Notes under the pieces: generated by a model
Told to the model about the DNA's origin: nothing
Database searches by the model: none
What the model saw: only the letters and a program-made list of their open reading frames with translations
Assembly: GCA_964016885.1 (NCBI GenBank)
Contig: OZ024742.1
Span: 92,132,001-92,196,000 of the forward strand
Direction of reading: 5' to 3'
DNA length: 64,000 nucleotides
From: Eledone cirrhosa
Taxonomy: Eukaryota
In this document: one piece after another, positions 39,151 to 53,946 of the stretch
Layout: every line of letters begins with the position of its first letter
How positions within the stretch are numbered: position 1 is the first letter of the stretch
Position numbers and translations under genes: made by a program

Positions 39151-39905
39151 GAATGAATGAAAAGCCCGACATTGTGGGGGTTGTAACCTAAATGAACTAA
39201 GAGCTAAAGAGTTGTGTTAGAGGAGGAGATGAAAAGAGAGAAAAAACTGGTAAAGGGAAGGGGGAGAAAACCCCTATGAGTAAGTGGCATGAGAAATAAC
39301 AGAAAACTTTATAAAACAACAAAACTCACAAAATGTCGGCATAATTAGGTCTATAGTGGAGAGGAAAGGGTTGGTCAGCACTTTCCCACCCGTGGCTCGG
39401 CTTTATGTATTAATCAATGTACTTGATGATGATGTCACGCTGAGAGATTCATGGTAAAGAGGGCTTGTTGCGCTCCACTTTTCATTGAAAAATTTACTAT
39501 TGCATCTTTCAACGGATGTTCCTAATCAAGTGTACCCTCTCTATCTCAGTCCAGAGGTCTTATTTCTCTCTCATATTCAGTTAATTTCCATCTCTGTGTC
39601 TCCATCCCACACTCTTAATCAATCTACATGTCGGTTTTCTCCTCTCACTCTCTCAGTCAATTTCTATCTTTACATCCCTTGTTATATTTATCAATCTCTC
39701 TCCCTACCATTACTCTCCTCCTCTGTTACACTTGATTTTAAACCTCCTTAAATAAGCCATCAAGTGTCAAACGACACAAGTGAGTGAAATGACATCTACA
39801 GGTCTTTTGCAGAGAACTGATTTTTTTACATACTGCACTTTCAGCTAAGAAGTGCACCTCTCATAATCAGACACACGTGCACGCGCGCACGCACACGCAC
39901 ACACA

Positions 39906-39978
<73 letters not shown>

Positions 39979-40492
39979 ACACACACATAAGTATATATAT
40001 AAGTATATATATATATATATATCGGCTGGCCTCTCCTCACACTTTCACTCACTCACTCTGCTACTCCCCCTCTCACATTTCCTCCCGTCTGACCTGTGTG
40101 AAATCCTTTTCTCGCTCACATTTCGCTGAGTTTGGACGCGTCTTTTTTTTCTTCTCGTCAATGATTTGGTAGAACTTAAGTTCACATGTATCACTGACTT
40201 GTTTCCTCATCTTCCTCTCTTTACGTTGCCTTACCATTTTTGTTTCTTTACATGTCTCTCTTTCTCCAGCCAATTCTGTTTATCCCAATAACTTATTTTA
40301 GTTATTGTTCGCGCTGGCTTGAGGTGTCTGGTCTTTAATGCGAAGAAATACCGATGATACCGATGATAGCTTTGCACCGCGGTCGGGATTTTTACTATCT
40401 CTATACCCACTCTGCATTTCCCCATGGATTGAAACGTTTCATGATTAGTGGTCTCCTCGATCTCAGCACCAGAATCTCTCTCTCTCCCCACC

Positions 40493-40537
<45 letters not shown>

Positions 40538-40543
40538 TCCCCC

Positions 40544-40584
<41 letters not shown>

Positions 40585-40752
40585 ATATACAGAACTAGAA
40601 CTGTTTCATTCGTATGAAATCCTACGAATGAAACAGTTCTAGTCTTGTAGAAGCCATTCCTACATATAATAAACATGTTTATACACTACCAATGTATTGA
40701 GTCCCTTTTTAACTGTAGCTAGCTCCCGACAGAACTCAGGAACCTACATACC

Positions 40753-40784
<32 letters not shown>

Positions 40785-41398
40785 AGTTAGCCCCCGACAC
40801 AACTCGGGAACTTACATACTATATATATGGAGGTGTAATATATGTGCATATATATATATATGTGTGTGCGTGTGTGTATGTGTGTCTGTGTGTGCGTGTG
40901 CGTGTGCGTGCGAATGTCTGTGTATATATATGTGTGTGTGTGCGCGTGCGTGTCGATGTGTGTTTGTGTGCGTGTGCATGTGTGTGTGTATGTATGCTTC
41001 TGCATAATCCTTTGATTCTGTTTTTTTATTTTTCATTTATGAGCCATCAATCCCATTATTTTATACGTTGCTTTTAGTTGTTGCTGTTGTATTTGGGATA
41101 GGGAGTCATTTCGAACCCTCTACATATAATCTTTTACCATACAGCGATTGATGCACTTTTGAAAATCTTTGAGGTGAAGTGGAAAGATTGGGACAATAGC
41201 GTCGGTTTTATTCGTATATTTTTTTTAATGGGGGCAGCAAGGCAAATGGTTGATCATGTGTAAAATTCACTCTCTGCCAATTAACTTTATTAAAATTATG
41301 ATTTTTTGAATATATATTTTTCGGGGAAAATCTTAATTGAAAATATGACAGAGAACATTGCAAAAGCATATTTTTATATATTTATGTGAACGTTGTGT

Positions 41399-41458
<60 letters not shown>

Positions 41459-41493
41459 AAAGAATAGAGGTGTAACACACAAGTTATTATATA

Positions 41494-41974
41494 TTGGTAA
41501 ACGGAATAGAAAATGCTGACAAATTGTTCACAGTTGAAAAATGGTTTAATTAGGAATAAAAGAGTATTAGTGATTGTATGGGTTAGTATTCAGTTGTGGT
41601 TTTAAGTTTTTAAGTTTTTACCGGTTGCGCATTTCTAAATGCTTTTCAAAAATAATTTTGAGATAGAGTGTCCGTGCTGTTTGCTCTGATCTGATTAGTT
41701 TTGGGAATTCTACCTGTTTTTATGTAAAAAAAATGGCTCCAGCGTTATTTTTGTGTTGCAAAAATGCTTGTGGTCAAAACAATTTTGATTGGTCGGTAGA
41801 GGTCATGTGAATGTAAAAAGTTGATTTTGCGCCAAGACTGTTTTTATGTTAAAATATTAGAAAAGTGGCTCCAGCAAAAATTATTGGTCAAAACAATTTT
41901 GATTGGTCGGTAGAGGTCATGTGGATAAAAAATTGGTTTTGCGCCAAGATTGAGAAATGACTCTTTCACAACAA

Positions 41975-42034
<60 letters not shown>

Positions 42035-42106
42035 TAGTAGTAGTAGTAAGGTGTTCGATGCTGCGACAATAGCCACCAGCGATGTGTGTCAAATGGCTAT
42101 TAAGAT

Positions 42107-42182
<76 letters not shown>

Positions 42183-42464
42183 ACATACACAGCAGAGTCA
42201 TTCGAAGGTCAAAAGATATTTTTCAGCTTTTTTTTTACATAAAAACAGGTAGAATTCCCAAAACTAATCAGATCAGAGCAAACAGCACGGACACTCTATC
42301 TCAAAATTATTTTTGAAAAGCATTTAGAAATGCGCAACCGGTAAAAACTTAAAATCTTAAAACCACAACTGAATACTAACCCATACAATCACTAATACTC
42401 TTTTATTCCTAATTAAACCATTTTTCAACTGTGAACAATTTGTCAGCATTTTCTATTCCGTTTA

Positions 42465-42468
<4 letters not shown>
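41494..42468. mobile_element. Fold-back element with ~240-bp near-perfect TIRs, TA-flanked
   Basis: ttggtaaacggaatag...tatgtaaaaaaa (41494-41733) matches its reverse complement at ~42229-42468. The interior holds a ~130-bp tandem duplication and (GT)n. Confidence 0.85.
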
Positions 42469-42510
<42 letters not shown>

Positions 42511-42616
42511 TATGTATATATATATCTAATCCACATACACACAAATATCATATATATATAAGAGGTTAATAATTGAGGCTAGTAAGGTTATTATTTAACG
42601 TAGTACTCCACACTTG

Positions 42617-42651
<35 letters not shown>

Positions 42652-42656
<5 letters not shown>

Positions 42657-43320
42657 GAATTGGTGCTCTGAAATAGCGATATATATATGAATGTATATAT
42701 AGTGTATTTTGCAATACATTGTATGCTTAATTAAAAGCATTTTGAAGACCTTACACTATTGTTTTAAAATAGTGACAATGTCACTTATTTAAATCTTCAG
42801 CTAACAGGGGAGATAAACTGACAGAGCTCTGTTTCATACTTTTTGGTACTTATCAAAGTTCACTACCCCTCCTGTTTGCTGAAAATTATGTTGAATTCCA
42901 ATAGAGCGGTCGCCGGAACAGCAGAAATTGATAATTAGAATTGGTGCTCTGAAATAGCGATATATATCTGAATGTATATACAGTGTATTTTGCAATACAC
43001 TGTATGCTTAATTAAAAGCATTTTGAAGACCATACGCCATTGTTTTAAAATAGTGACAATGTCCGCTCTGTATAACCAGTTCCTGATTATTACTGGAATT
43101 CTATAAGAATCCAACACACATAATTTTCAGCAAACAGGAGGAGTGCTGAGTACAAACAAGTACGAAACAGAGCTCTGTAAGTTTATCTCCCCTGTTTGCT
43201 GAAGATTTAAATAAGTGACATTGTCGCTATTTTAAGACAATAGCGTAAGGTCTTCAAAATGCTTTTAATTAAGCATACAGTGTATTGCAAAATACACTAT
43301 AGATACATTCATATATATAT
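42652..43320. mobile_element. ~300-bp hammerhead-bearing repeat family, locus C (1.5 tandem units + inverted unit) in (TA)n
   Basis: aattagaattggtgctctgaaatagcg at 42652 and 42933; inverted copy at 43063-43320. Confidence 0.85.
42816..42860 (-). ncRNA. Type I hammerhead ribozyme, U3-A8 core variant
   Basis: Minus strand: aact TTGATAA gtaccaaaaagtat GAAA CAGAGCTCTG TC agtt. Stem I aact/agtt, palindromic stem III ACAGAGCTCTGT, GUC site. Confidence 0.75.
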
Positions 43321-43699
43321 ATATATATGTGTGTATGTGTGTGTGTGTGTGTGTGTGTGTATGAATATATGTGTATATATACACACACATATGCACGTGA
43401 TAATAGTTTTATTTATTGGCCACAAGGCCCGAACATATCCATATAATAATGATAACTGCGAAGGTCATATGTAGATAATCATGATTCCTTTATTCATAAT
43501 CAGCCTTGATACGTGTTTCTGCGGCGTTCATGATTACATGATGCTGTGATGAAGCAACCACCAATGCAACATGACAGACAGCCTCTTAGGTAATAAAGTT
43601 GTTATGTTCCTAATGCAATACAAGCCAAGGACAAGACAGACAAATTTAATGTTTCCATTATCATATGTCCAACAACTTAAACACTAGGCCGCGCCATCT

Positions 43700-43778
<79 letters not shown>

Positions 43779-44195
43779 CTATGTATGTGTTTGCGTTTTT
43801 TTGTGTGTGTACGTATGTGTGTGACATACGATCGCCATGTCGTGAGTTCGATTTTTGGACAAGGAAATAAATTGTATTTCACTTTTCTCTAGTTCACTTT
43901 GTCGGGGATTTACCCTGCGATGGACTAGTGTCCTGTCTAGGGTTTAGTCATGCACGTTACATCGCTTAACGCAAATGAAATCAAGAGTTAAACACCGGGC
44001 ATCGTGTTGCGCCCTATCCCCTGAGAACAATGTTATGGGTGTACGTACCAATGGAATGTTCCGCCGCTTACCCCTTAACTTCACGGGTAGACAGATCCGT
44101 TGATTGAATTAGTCGTCTTTTGAAATGACGGAACTCCCACATCTATAAATATTCGGTGCTGAAACCGAAGACACCACTAATCATGGGAGTATTCA

Positions 44196-44285
<90 letters not shown>

Positions 44286-44292
44286 TCTTTTC

Positions 44293-44327
<35 letters not shown>

Positions 44328-44769
44328 ATATAGAAATAGCTTCTACAGAACTAGAATTAGAACTGTTTCATTCAGGAGAAATCATAGAGGGAGAGAGAGA
44401 AATAGACAGATAAACATATGGATGGGTAAGTATATGTATAGTGTATATAATAGAATGAATAAGAACGCACAAACAAAAACGAACACGAATAAAAAAAAAT
44501 ATCTGTAGAGATGTGGTGGGGAAATGAGAGAGGTAGGGGGCAGCAAAAACAAAAATGAAAGGATAAGTGTAAGGAGGGGAATGGTTTGTAAAGTGCAGCC
44601 ATGAATGAGGATGAGTCGATTTGGGAAGTGGAATGAAAAAATAAATAAATATGAAATATGGTGGAGGGTACTTGAATGGAGGAAGCAAAAGGCAAGGAAC
44701 TGCGTCTGATGAAGAGAAGAGCACGTGAATAATGGCTGTTCTGGAATGCAATGGAAATCAACCGAAGGG

Positions 44770-45123
44770 AGAGCTGGTGGTTCTGATGTGGGTGCTGGTG
44801 CTGGTGGTGCTGCTGATAGTGCTGGTGCTGCTGCTGGTGCTGTTGCTGGTGCTGATCTTGCTGCTGATCTTGGTGCCGGTGTTGCTGATGATGCTGGTGG
44901 TGCTGCTGCTGCTGGTGTTGGTTTTGGTGCTGGTGCTGGTGCTGCTAGGGGTGATGATGTTGGAGCTGGGACTGGTGCTGATGTTGGAGCTGGTACTGGT
45001 GCTGATGCTGCTGTTGATGCTGATGCTGATGCTGGTGAGAAGCAGGAAGAGGAAAAGGAGAATAATATAACATAATAATAATAACGATGATGATGACGAT
45101 GATGACGATGATGATAATGATGG

Positions 45124-45158
<35 letters not shown>

Positions 45159-45270
45159 GTGATGGTGATGATGACCATGATGATGATGATGAGAAATCTG
45201 ATTATATAATGATGATGATGATGATGATCAGAAATCTGATAATTTAATGATTGATGATGATGATGGTAAA
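44770..45270. repeat. Degenerate (GCT/GGT)n then (GAT)n trinucleotide tracts
   Basis: Read directly. Confidence 0.85.
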
Positions 45271-46244
45271 TAATAGTAATAATTTCTTTTATTTGCCAGA
45301 AGGGCATCGGCGACTGAAGGAGACATTACAAAGCCAAGTTACACAATGATGATGGCAGCTTATATAGAAATGAAAACAAAATAAGGGAAAGGATGGTAAA
45401 ATGTTATTGAACATCAGTGAAGAAGGGGAGAGGGGAGATAATTTGTTCCAAAAGAGTGAAAGTGTTATAGTGAGTGTGTGGTGAGAGGATGGTGTAGGTA
45501 TTTGATTAATGCGTCGCTGCCTTTCACTTCTGCTTCTTCTCAGTGAATTGAACTCGCTAATCAAAGCGATAGCTCTTAGTGTCACTCTCTCACTACCTAC
45601 CCTTATTTCTCTCTCTGTCCGTCACGTTCTGTCTCCCACTGTCTCCTTCTCTGTATGTTTGTCTATCTCCTATATGTTCCCCTCCCTCTCTGTATGTCTG
45701 TCTATCTCCTAAATGTTCCCCTTCCTCTCTCTATTACACACATAAAACACTCACGCAGTCTGCTACTATCTCTCCTCCTCCTCCTCTCCTACACACTCGC
45801 AGTTTCCCCAGTGTTTTCCTCCTCCTTCTCTCTCTCTCTTCTCCAACCCCTCTCCCTGTATATTCTACTGTACCCCTCTCCTACCAACAAGAGCAGAAAC
45901 TACAAAGGCACAAAGCCATAACACCATAAACCAATAAAGATGACGTAAGATGACATCACAACACTGAGTCAAATCTTTGTTTTAGTTTTCTTTGATTTTC
46001 TTTATTTCTATTTTTATGGGGTTTTTTTTGGTTTATTTACTTATATATTTATTTATTTCGAATGAGTAGAGCCCTGTAGAACACAACTTTTACTTCCTCT
46101 TCCACTTCTTTTTTCTCCTCCTCCTCCTTCATCACTTATTGAGCCTTAAGGAAAATGGGTGAGCAATGGCGCAATGGGTGAGCAATGGAGCAATGGATGA
46201 GCAATGGTGCAATGTGTGTTTACAGATTCACCGAACTAACAATA

Positions 46245-46905
46245 ATTAATTTCTAACTCTGGCACAAGACCAGTAATTTAAGGGAAGAGCATGTTTATTT
46301 TATCGGCTTTTGTACTTGTCTGGTACTTTATTTTATCGACTTGGATCTCGGCAAATGTTTGAACCTAGAAGGTAAAGGGCCAGAAGAAGTACTGCTAAGC
46401 ATTTGCTCAACATTCTAACGAATCTGCCAACCAATAGACATAGATTTAGGCACATAGACAACATGCGTTTTTGGTACTTCATTTTATCGAGACTTTAGGG
46501 GTGAAAGGTAAAGCTAACCACGACAGGATTTGAACTCAGAATGTAAAGGACTGTAACTTAATCCCGAAAGCATGCTTTCCGACGCTCAACCGATTCTGCC
46601 AGCAGGCTAAATAATAATTGTTTCTACTTTAGGCACACGGCCTGCAATTACCCCAGTGTATTACTGGTGCTTTATTTTATCGACCCGTAAGGATGAAAGG
46701 CAAAATGCACAAGGCCAGTAATTTGAAGCGGCGGGGAAAGTCGATTAAATCGATTCCAATGAGTTACTGGTACTTTATTTTATCGACCCCCGTAAGGATG
46801 AAAGGCAAAGCTAACCTCGGTGTGATATGAACTCAGAATGTAAAGGATTGTAACTTATTCCTGCAAAGCATGATTTCCGATGCTCTACCGATTCATCCAA
46901 CAGAC
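46245..46905 (-). mobile_element. Cluster of major-family SINE copies
   Basis: Four partial or complete reverse-complement matches. Confidence 0.8.
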
Positions 46906-47754
46906 TAAATAATAATAATAATAATAACAACAACAACAATACTAACAATGATAAACAAAAGATAAAATAAAGATGAATGAATGAATGAATATATGAAAGA
47001 GCGATAGAGAAGAGTCAGAGAGACAGTTTGGCAGTTTTGTAATAATGTCATAGAACCAGAAATATTTATGGATTGCCTGACTAGCTTGGCTAGTTTGAAG
47101 TGGATTTATGTGCATACACAAAACTGTACATGGGGACACACATAAATACACAACCCATAAGGACACATAAATACACAGGCATATTCAATTAATGTATAAT
47201 ATAGCTTGCGCATCAGTACATCATATTTTAGATTAATTTTATATTCTAAGCGATTCAATTTCCGATCTCTCGGCTACGTATATTGTTTGTTTACAGACTT
47301 ATATATTTTTAAAAATGGAAGGTAACCAATCGTCAGATCAGACCAATGAAACAGGGTTTCCATTGGTCTTTCCATTGTTGATAATATCTATTGGTTGAAG
47401 ATTTTGGCAGACGAAGCACGTGAAATATAGCCTTTTGCTCAAGTAAACAACGGGAATCGAACCCACGACCGTATAATTGTGAGTTCAACAAATGTTCGCG
47501 TATATTTTAGAGATGTCAGAGAATATTTCGTTGCCTCATAGGCCATCCCTTTCCTGGCAGATAGGAACGAGTGACATAATCGCTCGAATGGCGAAGCAAC
47601 AGTATAGTCTGCAACTGAACACAGTACTGCTCTACAATTAAAGAGACGCAAACAAACGCACAGAAATACACATATTCACATCCATCACATTTATATGTAT
47701 ATACTAACACACACAACCACATATACACGCACGCGCAGGCATATACAGGTAGAT

Positions 47755-48018
47755 ACAAGGGTTAGCTGAAAGGTTCATAGAGTGACTATGAAGGAGTGAC
47801 GCTAGAGCTGTGAAATCTTACACGCATTAAAGGTTCATAGAGTGACTATGAAGGAGTGGCGCTAGCGCTGTGAAATCTTACACGCATTATTTTTAACTCT
47901 TCTTATTAATACGTGCATCGTTTCTTTCCATAGACTATCAGCAAAACTTAACCTCATTTGGTCATTCCATGAGAGTCTCTTGGTCAGGCTAATACCGTTG
48001 AATCTTTCCGCCGACTCT
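47755..48018. mobile_element. Old mariner-type MITE with internal 60-bp tandem duplication
   Basis: Imperfect TIRs tacaagggttagctgaaaggttca / ttgaatctttccgccgactct; 47770-47829 is duplicated at 47830-47889. Confidence 0.5.
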
Positions 48019-48260
48019 GATTGATTGATAGATAGATAGATAGATATATTTCTTTATTTACCATAAAGGCATAAAAAGAAGGGACAAATACAAAGGGGGA
48101 GTTTACATACAATCGAGTAAAAAGGGTATAAAATGAAAATAATCGAAAATAACCTCAAAAGGGAGGGGAGATGGGGGTTGCACACACCCCCGAAAAAGTG
48201 TGCAATCCTTTGCCCGGGGAGCACATGGAGAAGGTGCTCCCCTCTCCTTTACTTCTTTAC

Positions 48261-51200
48261 CTACAGGATGGTATACAGAGAAGGCCCATTTACACGAGCC
48301 ATTCTCGCCACTATCACCCACCTTTCATAAAACTGCCTGTGGCCAAGCACCTCTCTCTCCATTCTTATCCTTCTTCCGAAGTGATATCGGAAGAAGTAGA
48401 CCAGACTATGGCCAGAGAGAAAGTTGCCTGACCTCCGACCTTTCAATCGTGTCCACCAAACAACCTCTTTCAACTTGGCTATTACGCACAGAAAAACCGC
48501 CTTTGCTTCCTTTGTGAAGAGGGGAGGCGGTTTGATTGTCATCACGGACTCGGCGGTCAATTTAATCGGCGCCACCCGCGACAGCAGTCGTTCGGCGTAG
48601 CCCCACAGATCAGCCACGCCCGGACATTGCACCAATGCGTGCGCAACGGTTTCTTCGTGACGCACGCATCTAGGGCAAATCTTTTTTGAGGGATACCTGC
48701 CCGGGCGCCCGTGTCTGTAGAGCCTCTCTCGAACGGGTAGAGCCCCTCGGTAGCACTGCCAGGCCAGTGATTTCTGGAAGTTGTCCATTGGTCCTGGGCC
48801 GAAAGTCCTACCGAACAGGCTGGCCAGTTCGTCTTCCTCCATGTCCAGCGACTCCCCAAGGGTGTCATCGCCCCTGCTAGCCACCAGCCCTCTATAGAAT
48901 GATGAGGTGGATTCTCCACCGATGGCCTGGCCCGCTTGCCAGAGAGCCCTGAGCGCCTGAGCATACTCAGTGTGCCAGTCTCCCAGTTTTCCGGATCTTT
49001 GCTTGACCCAGGACTGTAGCTCGGTGAGCGAGACGAGTCTCGGAAAGGCTCGTTTCACGAACGGAGCCCACACCGGTTGACCAGTGAGGAATACCTGTAG
49101 GTGCCGTAGCCTTAATGCGTGCCTACACATCATCAACCACGGCATCTCCAGCCCTCCTTTCGAAGGTTGTTGGCAGCAGATGGATCTTCTCACCATAGGA
49201 GGGCGCTTCTTCCAAAGAAATTGGAAGAGCATGCGTTCCGTGGTGGTGAGTGTTTCCTTAGGGCAAGGCACGACAGTCAGGCGGTAGTAAGTGACGGACG
49301 CTATGTAAATGTTCGCCACCTCCGCCCGGCCTTTTAGGGACAGCTTACACTTGGCCCATTTCTGGGTTAGTGCAAACACCTTGTTCGTAACCTCGTTCCA
49401 GTTCTTTTCCACCTGGAGGTCCGGTCCAAACCAGACCCCAAGCAACTTTACCGGGCCCTCCGTCCAGTGTCCGACGACACCGTCGGGAGGCATCGGTCTG
49501 CCTCTCCACGTTCCGAGTTGCAGCCCGATGGATTTTTCCCGGTTCAGTTTCGCTCCTGACAACCTTTCGTAATCCTCCAGTAAGGTACCGATTGCCTCGA
49601 TCTCCGAGTCGGTCGATACCATTACTGTTACGTCATCGGCGTAGGCCAACACCGCTTTGCTCAATCCTGGTTCCAGGGGGATACCCTGCAACAACTCCAA
49701 CTTCCTCAGTAAAGCCTCGAGAGTCAATACGTACAGAAGGGAGGAGAGAGGGCACCCCTGTCGAATGGATCGTGTGATTTCGAACGGCTTCGAAAGGTAG
49801 CCATTCACCTTGATCCTAGAACAGATGTGGTTGCTATGTAAGGCAGTGATCCAGCCTCTGAAAACAGGACCGAACCCAGCCGCCGCTAGCACCGCATTCA
49901 GGTAACCATGGTCGACCCTATCGAAGGCCTTAGACTGATCCAAGTTGATCAGGGCCCCACCGAAGCCGGGTTTGTTGCCAACCCTCTCTATGATGTATCG
50001 CATGAGGTGGAGGTTATCGTGAATGGATCTGGATGGGATAGCACATGTCTGCGCATCTCCCACCAGGCCACCCACGACAAGCGCCAACCTCTTTGCTAAC
50101 ACCTTGGCCAAAATCTTTAACTCTGTGTTTAGCAGGGTTATGGGCCGAAAATTATTTATACTATCTCCCTTGTTCTCGTCCTTCCTCACCAGCGTGACTA
50201 CGCCCTTGGCTACAGAACAAGGAATTCTCTCGTTCTGCTGCCAATTGCAGTAGACCGCTTCGAGGAGTTCGGAGAAGAAGACCGGCATTGCTAAATAAAG
50301 TTCGTAAGGTATACCATCGAGACCTGGAGATTTGCGTCTGCTGCATTGGCTCAGCGCATCTCCGATCTCATCAGCCGAGATTGGTCCCTCGCAGGACTCT
50401 GCCTCTTCGCTCGAGAGATGCGGCAGGCCGTCGAGGTATGGACCGAAATCCACGCCCCCGCCCGGACCCTCGCCTCCCCCGAACAATCGGGCAAAGTGCC
50501 TTTGAAAGGCCTCGCACATCTGCTTAGGCTCCCGGATCACCCGTCCATCTTCGTCTTGCAACGACCGGATGGTGGATCGATTTCCACTCTTAGCTTCTGT
50601 CACGCGGGCCCAGCCAACGGCTTTGGCCCACTCATTACCTAGAGCACGTATTTTACTTCGAATGACGCAGCCTTTGTGCTTTGCATCGAAAAACTGGTTC
50701 AAGGCCGTCCTTGATGCCAGCACTCTGGCCACATCTTCGCTCTTGATTGCCTCTTCTAATTTACCTGTTAATTCTTTCTCGTTTCTATTCCTATCGGCAG
50801 CTAACATCTTGCTATAACTTATTGATTCTGTTTTAATCTCTCTTTTGAGAGATGCCCACCATCGGTTGTTGACGATTGCACCCGTCAACCTCTCCTTAAC
50901 TAATCTGCTAATCTGGTTTCTGTAAGTCTCTTTTGCCGGTAAAGACAAATTAAGTTTCCAGTAATCGGGACCCTGTTTATGTGTTTTCTCGAGATTGACT
51001 ACGCAGGTCACTAATTTGTGATACGTGTAGCCAACCGTGCACATTTCTGGACAGCTTAATATGTCCCTATCCTTACTTCTAACTAAGAATCTATCTAAGT
51101 ACGATCTAGATTGACCACTGTGGTTTCTCCAAGTCCAGGTAGGCACAGTTGGAAAATCTAGTCGATATCTATCGATCAAGTTAAAACGGTCGAGTAACCC

Positions 51201-51652
51201 CTTGAGGCTGTTACATCCCCTCTATTAGGACATGCTCCTGCATAGTCCCAACGTGCATCTAGGATGTCATTCCAATCCCCCGCTAGAAGCAGGGAACGCG
51301 ACGTTCCCAGAAAAGTCTCTAAACGCTGGAAGAAGTCGGGCCGTTCAGCTCCGAAAGGGGAGTAGACGGCGACCAGTCTTAAGGCCTCACCTTCACTACT
51401 GCCAACGTCTAGCGCCAACAAACGACTCTCCGGGTCCGAGTACACAACCTGTACGGCAAGACCCAGGTGTTTTTCCAGCAGTACGACAACCCCACCCCCA
51501 CCTCCAGGTTGACAGAGAGATGCATGCACCTCAAAGTCATCGAAGGTAGGGGCGAGCTGCCGCACGACGCTGATCCGAGTCTCACAGATAACCATTACAT
51601 TTATACCACATGACCTTTGCTTGCTTCCAAGTTGAGCCCAGGCCACGTGCAT
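48261..51652 (-). pseudogene. ORF2: APE endonuclease + reverse transcriptase + C-terminal zinc finger (frameshifted near 51.2 kb)
   Basis: ICETR, VAVYSP, AGDWN, SYLDRFLV (APE); KSPGLDG, FRPITLLN, LDQSKAFDRV, IRQGCPLS, AYADDV (RT); CPRC...ETVAHALVQC. Confidence 0.92.
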
Positions 51653-51667
51653 TCAAACATCCTACTC

Positions 51668-53608
51668 TTAACACATCCATGTGGGAGGCAGAGCCAAAGG
51701 AGAGTGTAGAGACCTACCTTTCCGCTTCCCGGGGTTCGGGTCGCACGACTTCCATGGGGTCGGGGGTGTTGGGTGAAGGGGTGTCTTGTGGTGGTGTGGG
51801 GTCGTCAGTGTGTGGTGGGGTTGGGGTGTTTGGAGTTGTGTTGGGGGGGGAAGGGGAGGGGGAAAGCTTTTTAGTAGGACGCGGTTTATGGGTTTGACAG
51901 AGGGTGGTCCTACGTCCTCCTTAAAATCCTTTTTTAGTTTTTGGTAGAGGTTCATTGGGATCTTTATTAATTTTAAATGTGGGTAGTTTTCTGAAGAAAC
52001 AAAGTTTACACCTTCGGTTTGTACCGAAGGATTATTGTTTATGAGTTCATTTAATTTATTATTGTTTCTGTTGATGTAAGTATAGTGTAATGTCTTTTTT
52101 TCGGATGGTGTGAGTGTTTCGAAGAGGGGAGGGGCAGGTTTGGTTTTGTTTGTTGCTGGAGGGGTGTTTTCTGTTTTGTTGGATTGTGTTGACATTTGGG
52201 TGGGGGTTGTTTGGCCTTGTGTGTTTTGCACATGTTTTCTTTTTTTCCTTTTAATCTGTCTGAAGGACTCCGTTTCTTCCTCCGAATTCGTTGGGTTATC
52301 TTCAGTGTTGGAGGGAAGAGGTATGTTTGCTGGTAATGTTTCCGTGTTGGTTTTCTTTGTGGGGGAGATGGATGTGACTATGTTAGACTGCGTTGTGAGT
52401 TGTGTCTGCGGTGGTTGTGTTGTTTTATTGAGTGAGGGGTTGGGTGGGCCTGTATTTTGTTTTGGGGTAATGTGTTGTGACTATTTGTGTTGTGGTGGTG
52501 GTGTAGTTTTACTGAGGGACGGGTTGGGTGGGACTGAGTTTTGTTGTTTGTTTATCTGTTGTGGTGGTGGTGGTGGTGGAGCTGGTGTTGGTAGCAGGGT
52601 TTTCTTTTTGTTGAGTTGGGGACAAGCGGCCTTCAGGTGCCCTCTGCCTGCACAGATATGGCAGGACGGCCTTCTCCCCTCCACGCTAATGTTTATAAAC
52701 CCGTGGTCCTCTAATAGGATTCTGTCGGGTATTTGGGCGATGCGTTCAGGCTTCATTTGTACTACCAGCTCTATACCTGTTCCACTGAACGCATTGCCTG
52801 TGGTTTTCCCAATGGAAATCACGTTGTCATTCACTGGATCGATGAAGCCAGCTATGAGCCAGCAGTAGTCCACATCTGGCATCATTGCATCCAGCCATAT
52901 GCGTTGAGTTCTTTTCCCCATATAAGATGGATAAAAGGTGAAATTTTTCGAACGAATCGGTGACAAAGCACATTTTTTTGCCGCCGATTCGTTCTTCATG
53001 ATAATTGCTAGGCTTCCATACAGTCTGTCTTTTCTTATGAAAGTGGTTTCATTAAGTACTTCTGTGAGTACTGTTTTGATATCTGCTTGAGAAGGCTGTT
53101 CAGGTTTTTTTGTACTGTTGTTGATGGTCCGAAACTTGACCGTTCGGCTTTCAATGTCTTTCGTGAATTCTTGAGGCATTTTTACCGATAAAATACCATT
53201 CTCTCCTTCACTTATGTATTGTTTGGCGTCCGTAATCCTTCGTACCACATCTGAAATGTTTTCCGCTATATAAGTCAAAGATTTCTTTGTTTTCTGTGCA
53301 AATGAAATCTTGTCGTCTGCTTTGTTTTCTGATATGGTGTTATTTTCAAATGTTATTTTTGTGTTTGTTGTGTCTTTGTTTGTGGTATTAGTATTGTCAT
53401 GCAATTTTTCAAATTTTTTTTTTTTCGTTGTTGGAATCCATGTCCAGATTTGTGTTTTCGTCATTTTTCTCCGCAGGTTCGTCTGTTTTTATTTTAATTT
53501 TTCCTTCCTTCTCTATGGCGTTAGTTGGGAAGGAAGGGGGGACTAAAGCGTGCGAGCTTACAACTCTTACCGCTGTCCCCCCACCACTATTTTCGTTCGC
53601 TTCGTTTA
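51668..53608 (-). pseudogene. ORF1 gag-like protein with CCHC knuckle (disrupted into three frames)
   Basis: CHICAGRGHLKAAC in 52481-53464; lies upstream of ORF2; P/T/Q-rich linker. Confidence 0.8.
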
Positions 53609-53840
53609 ACATTTCTGTCAGACGATTGAAATTTTTTTTGCCACAAAATTTTTTTAAAACAGGTTTTTCACCTCTAGGAGGGATAAAGATGAGCTGACCC
53701 ACCGCCTGACAGTTCAGACGGGGGGTCAAGCTACACAATAGTATCAAAATTAAATTTGAACTCACAAAATTTCCGCAATAAATTTGAACAAAACTTCTGC
53801 GCGAAGTGAATTACATCCACACTGTAGAACAGACGACAGC

Positions 53841-53946
<106 letters not shown>

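Larger units (their letters stand above)
48047..53840 (-). mobile_element. Near full-length Tx1/L1-clade LINE flanked by (GATA)n
   Basis: 5' UTR, ORF1, APE-RT ORF2 and a 3' UTR ending aataaagaaata; GATA repeats at 48027-48046 and 53841-53946. Confidence 0.92.

Noticed and set aside
44725-45075. Gly/Ala-rich or Leu/Val-rich ORFs resembling structural or membrane proteins
   Set aside because: This is a degenerate trinucleotide repeat open in several frames, with no splice or domain support.
48557-52963. Overlapping alternative-frame and antisense ORFs inside the Tx1 element
   Set aside because: Expected by-products of GC-richer LINE coding sequence.
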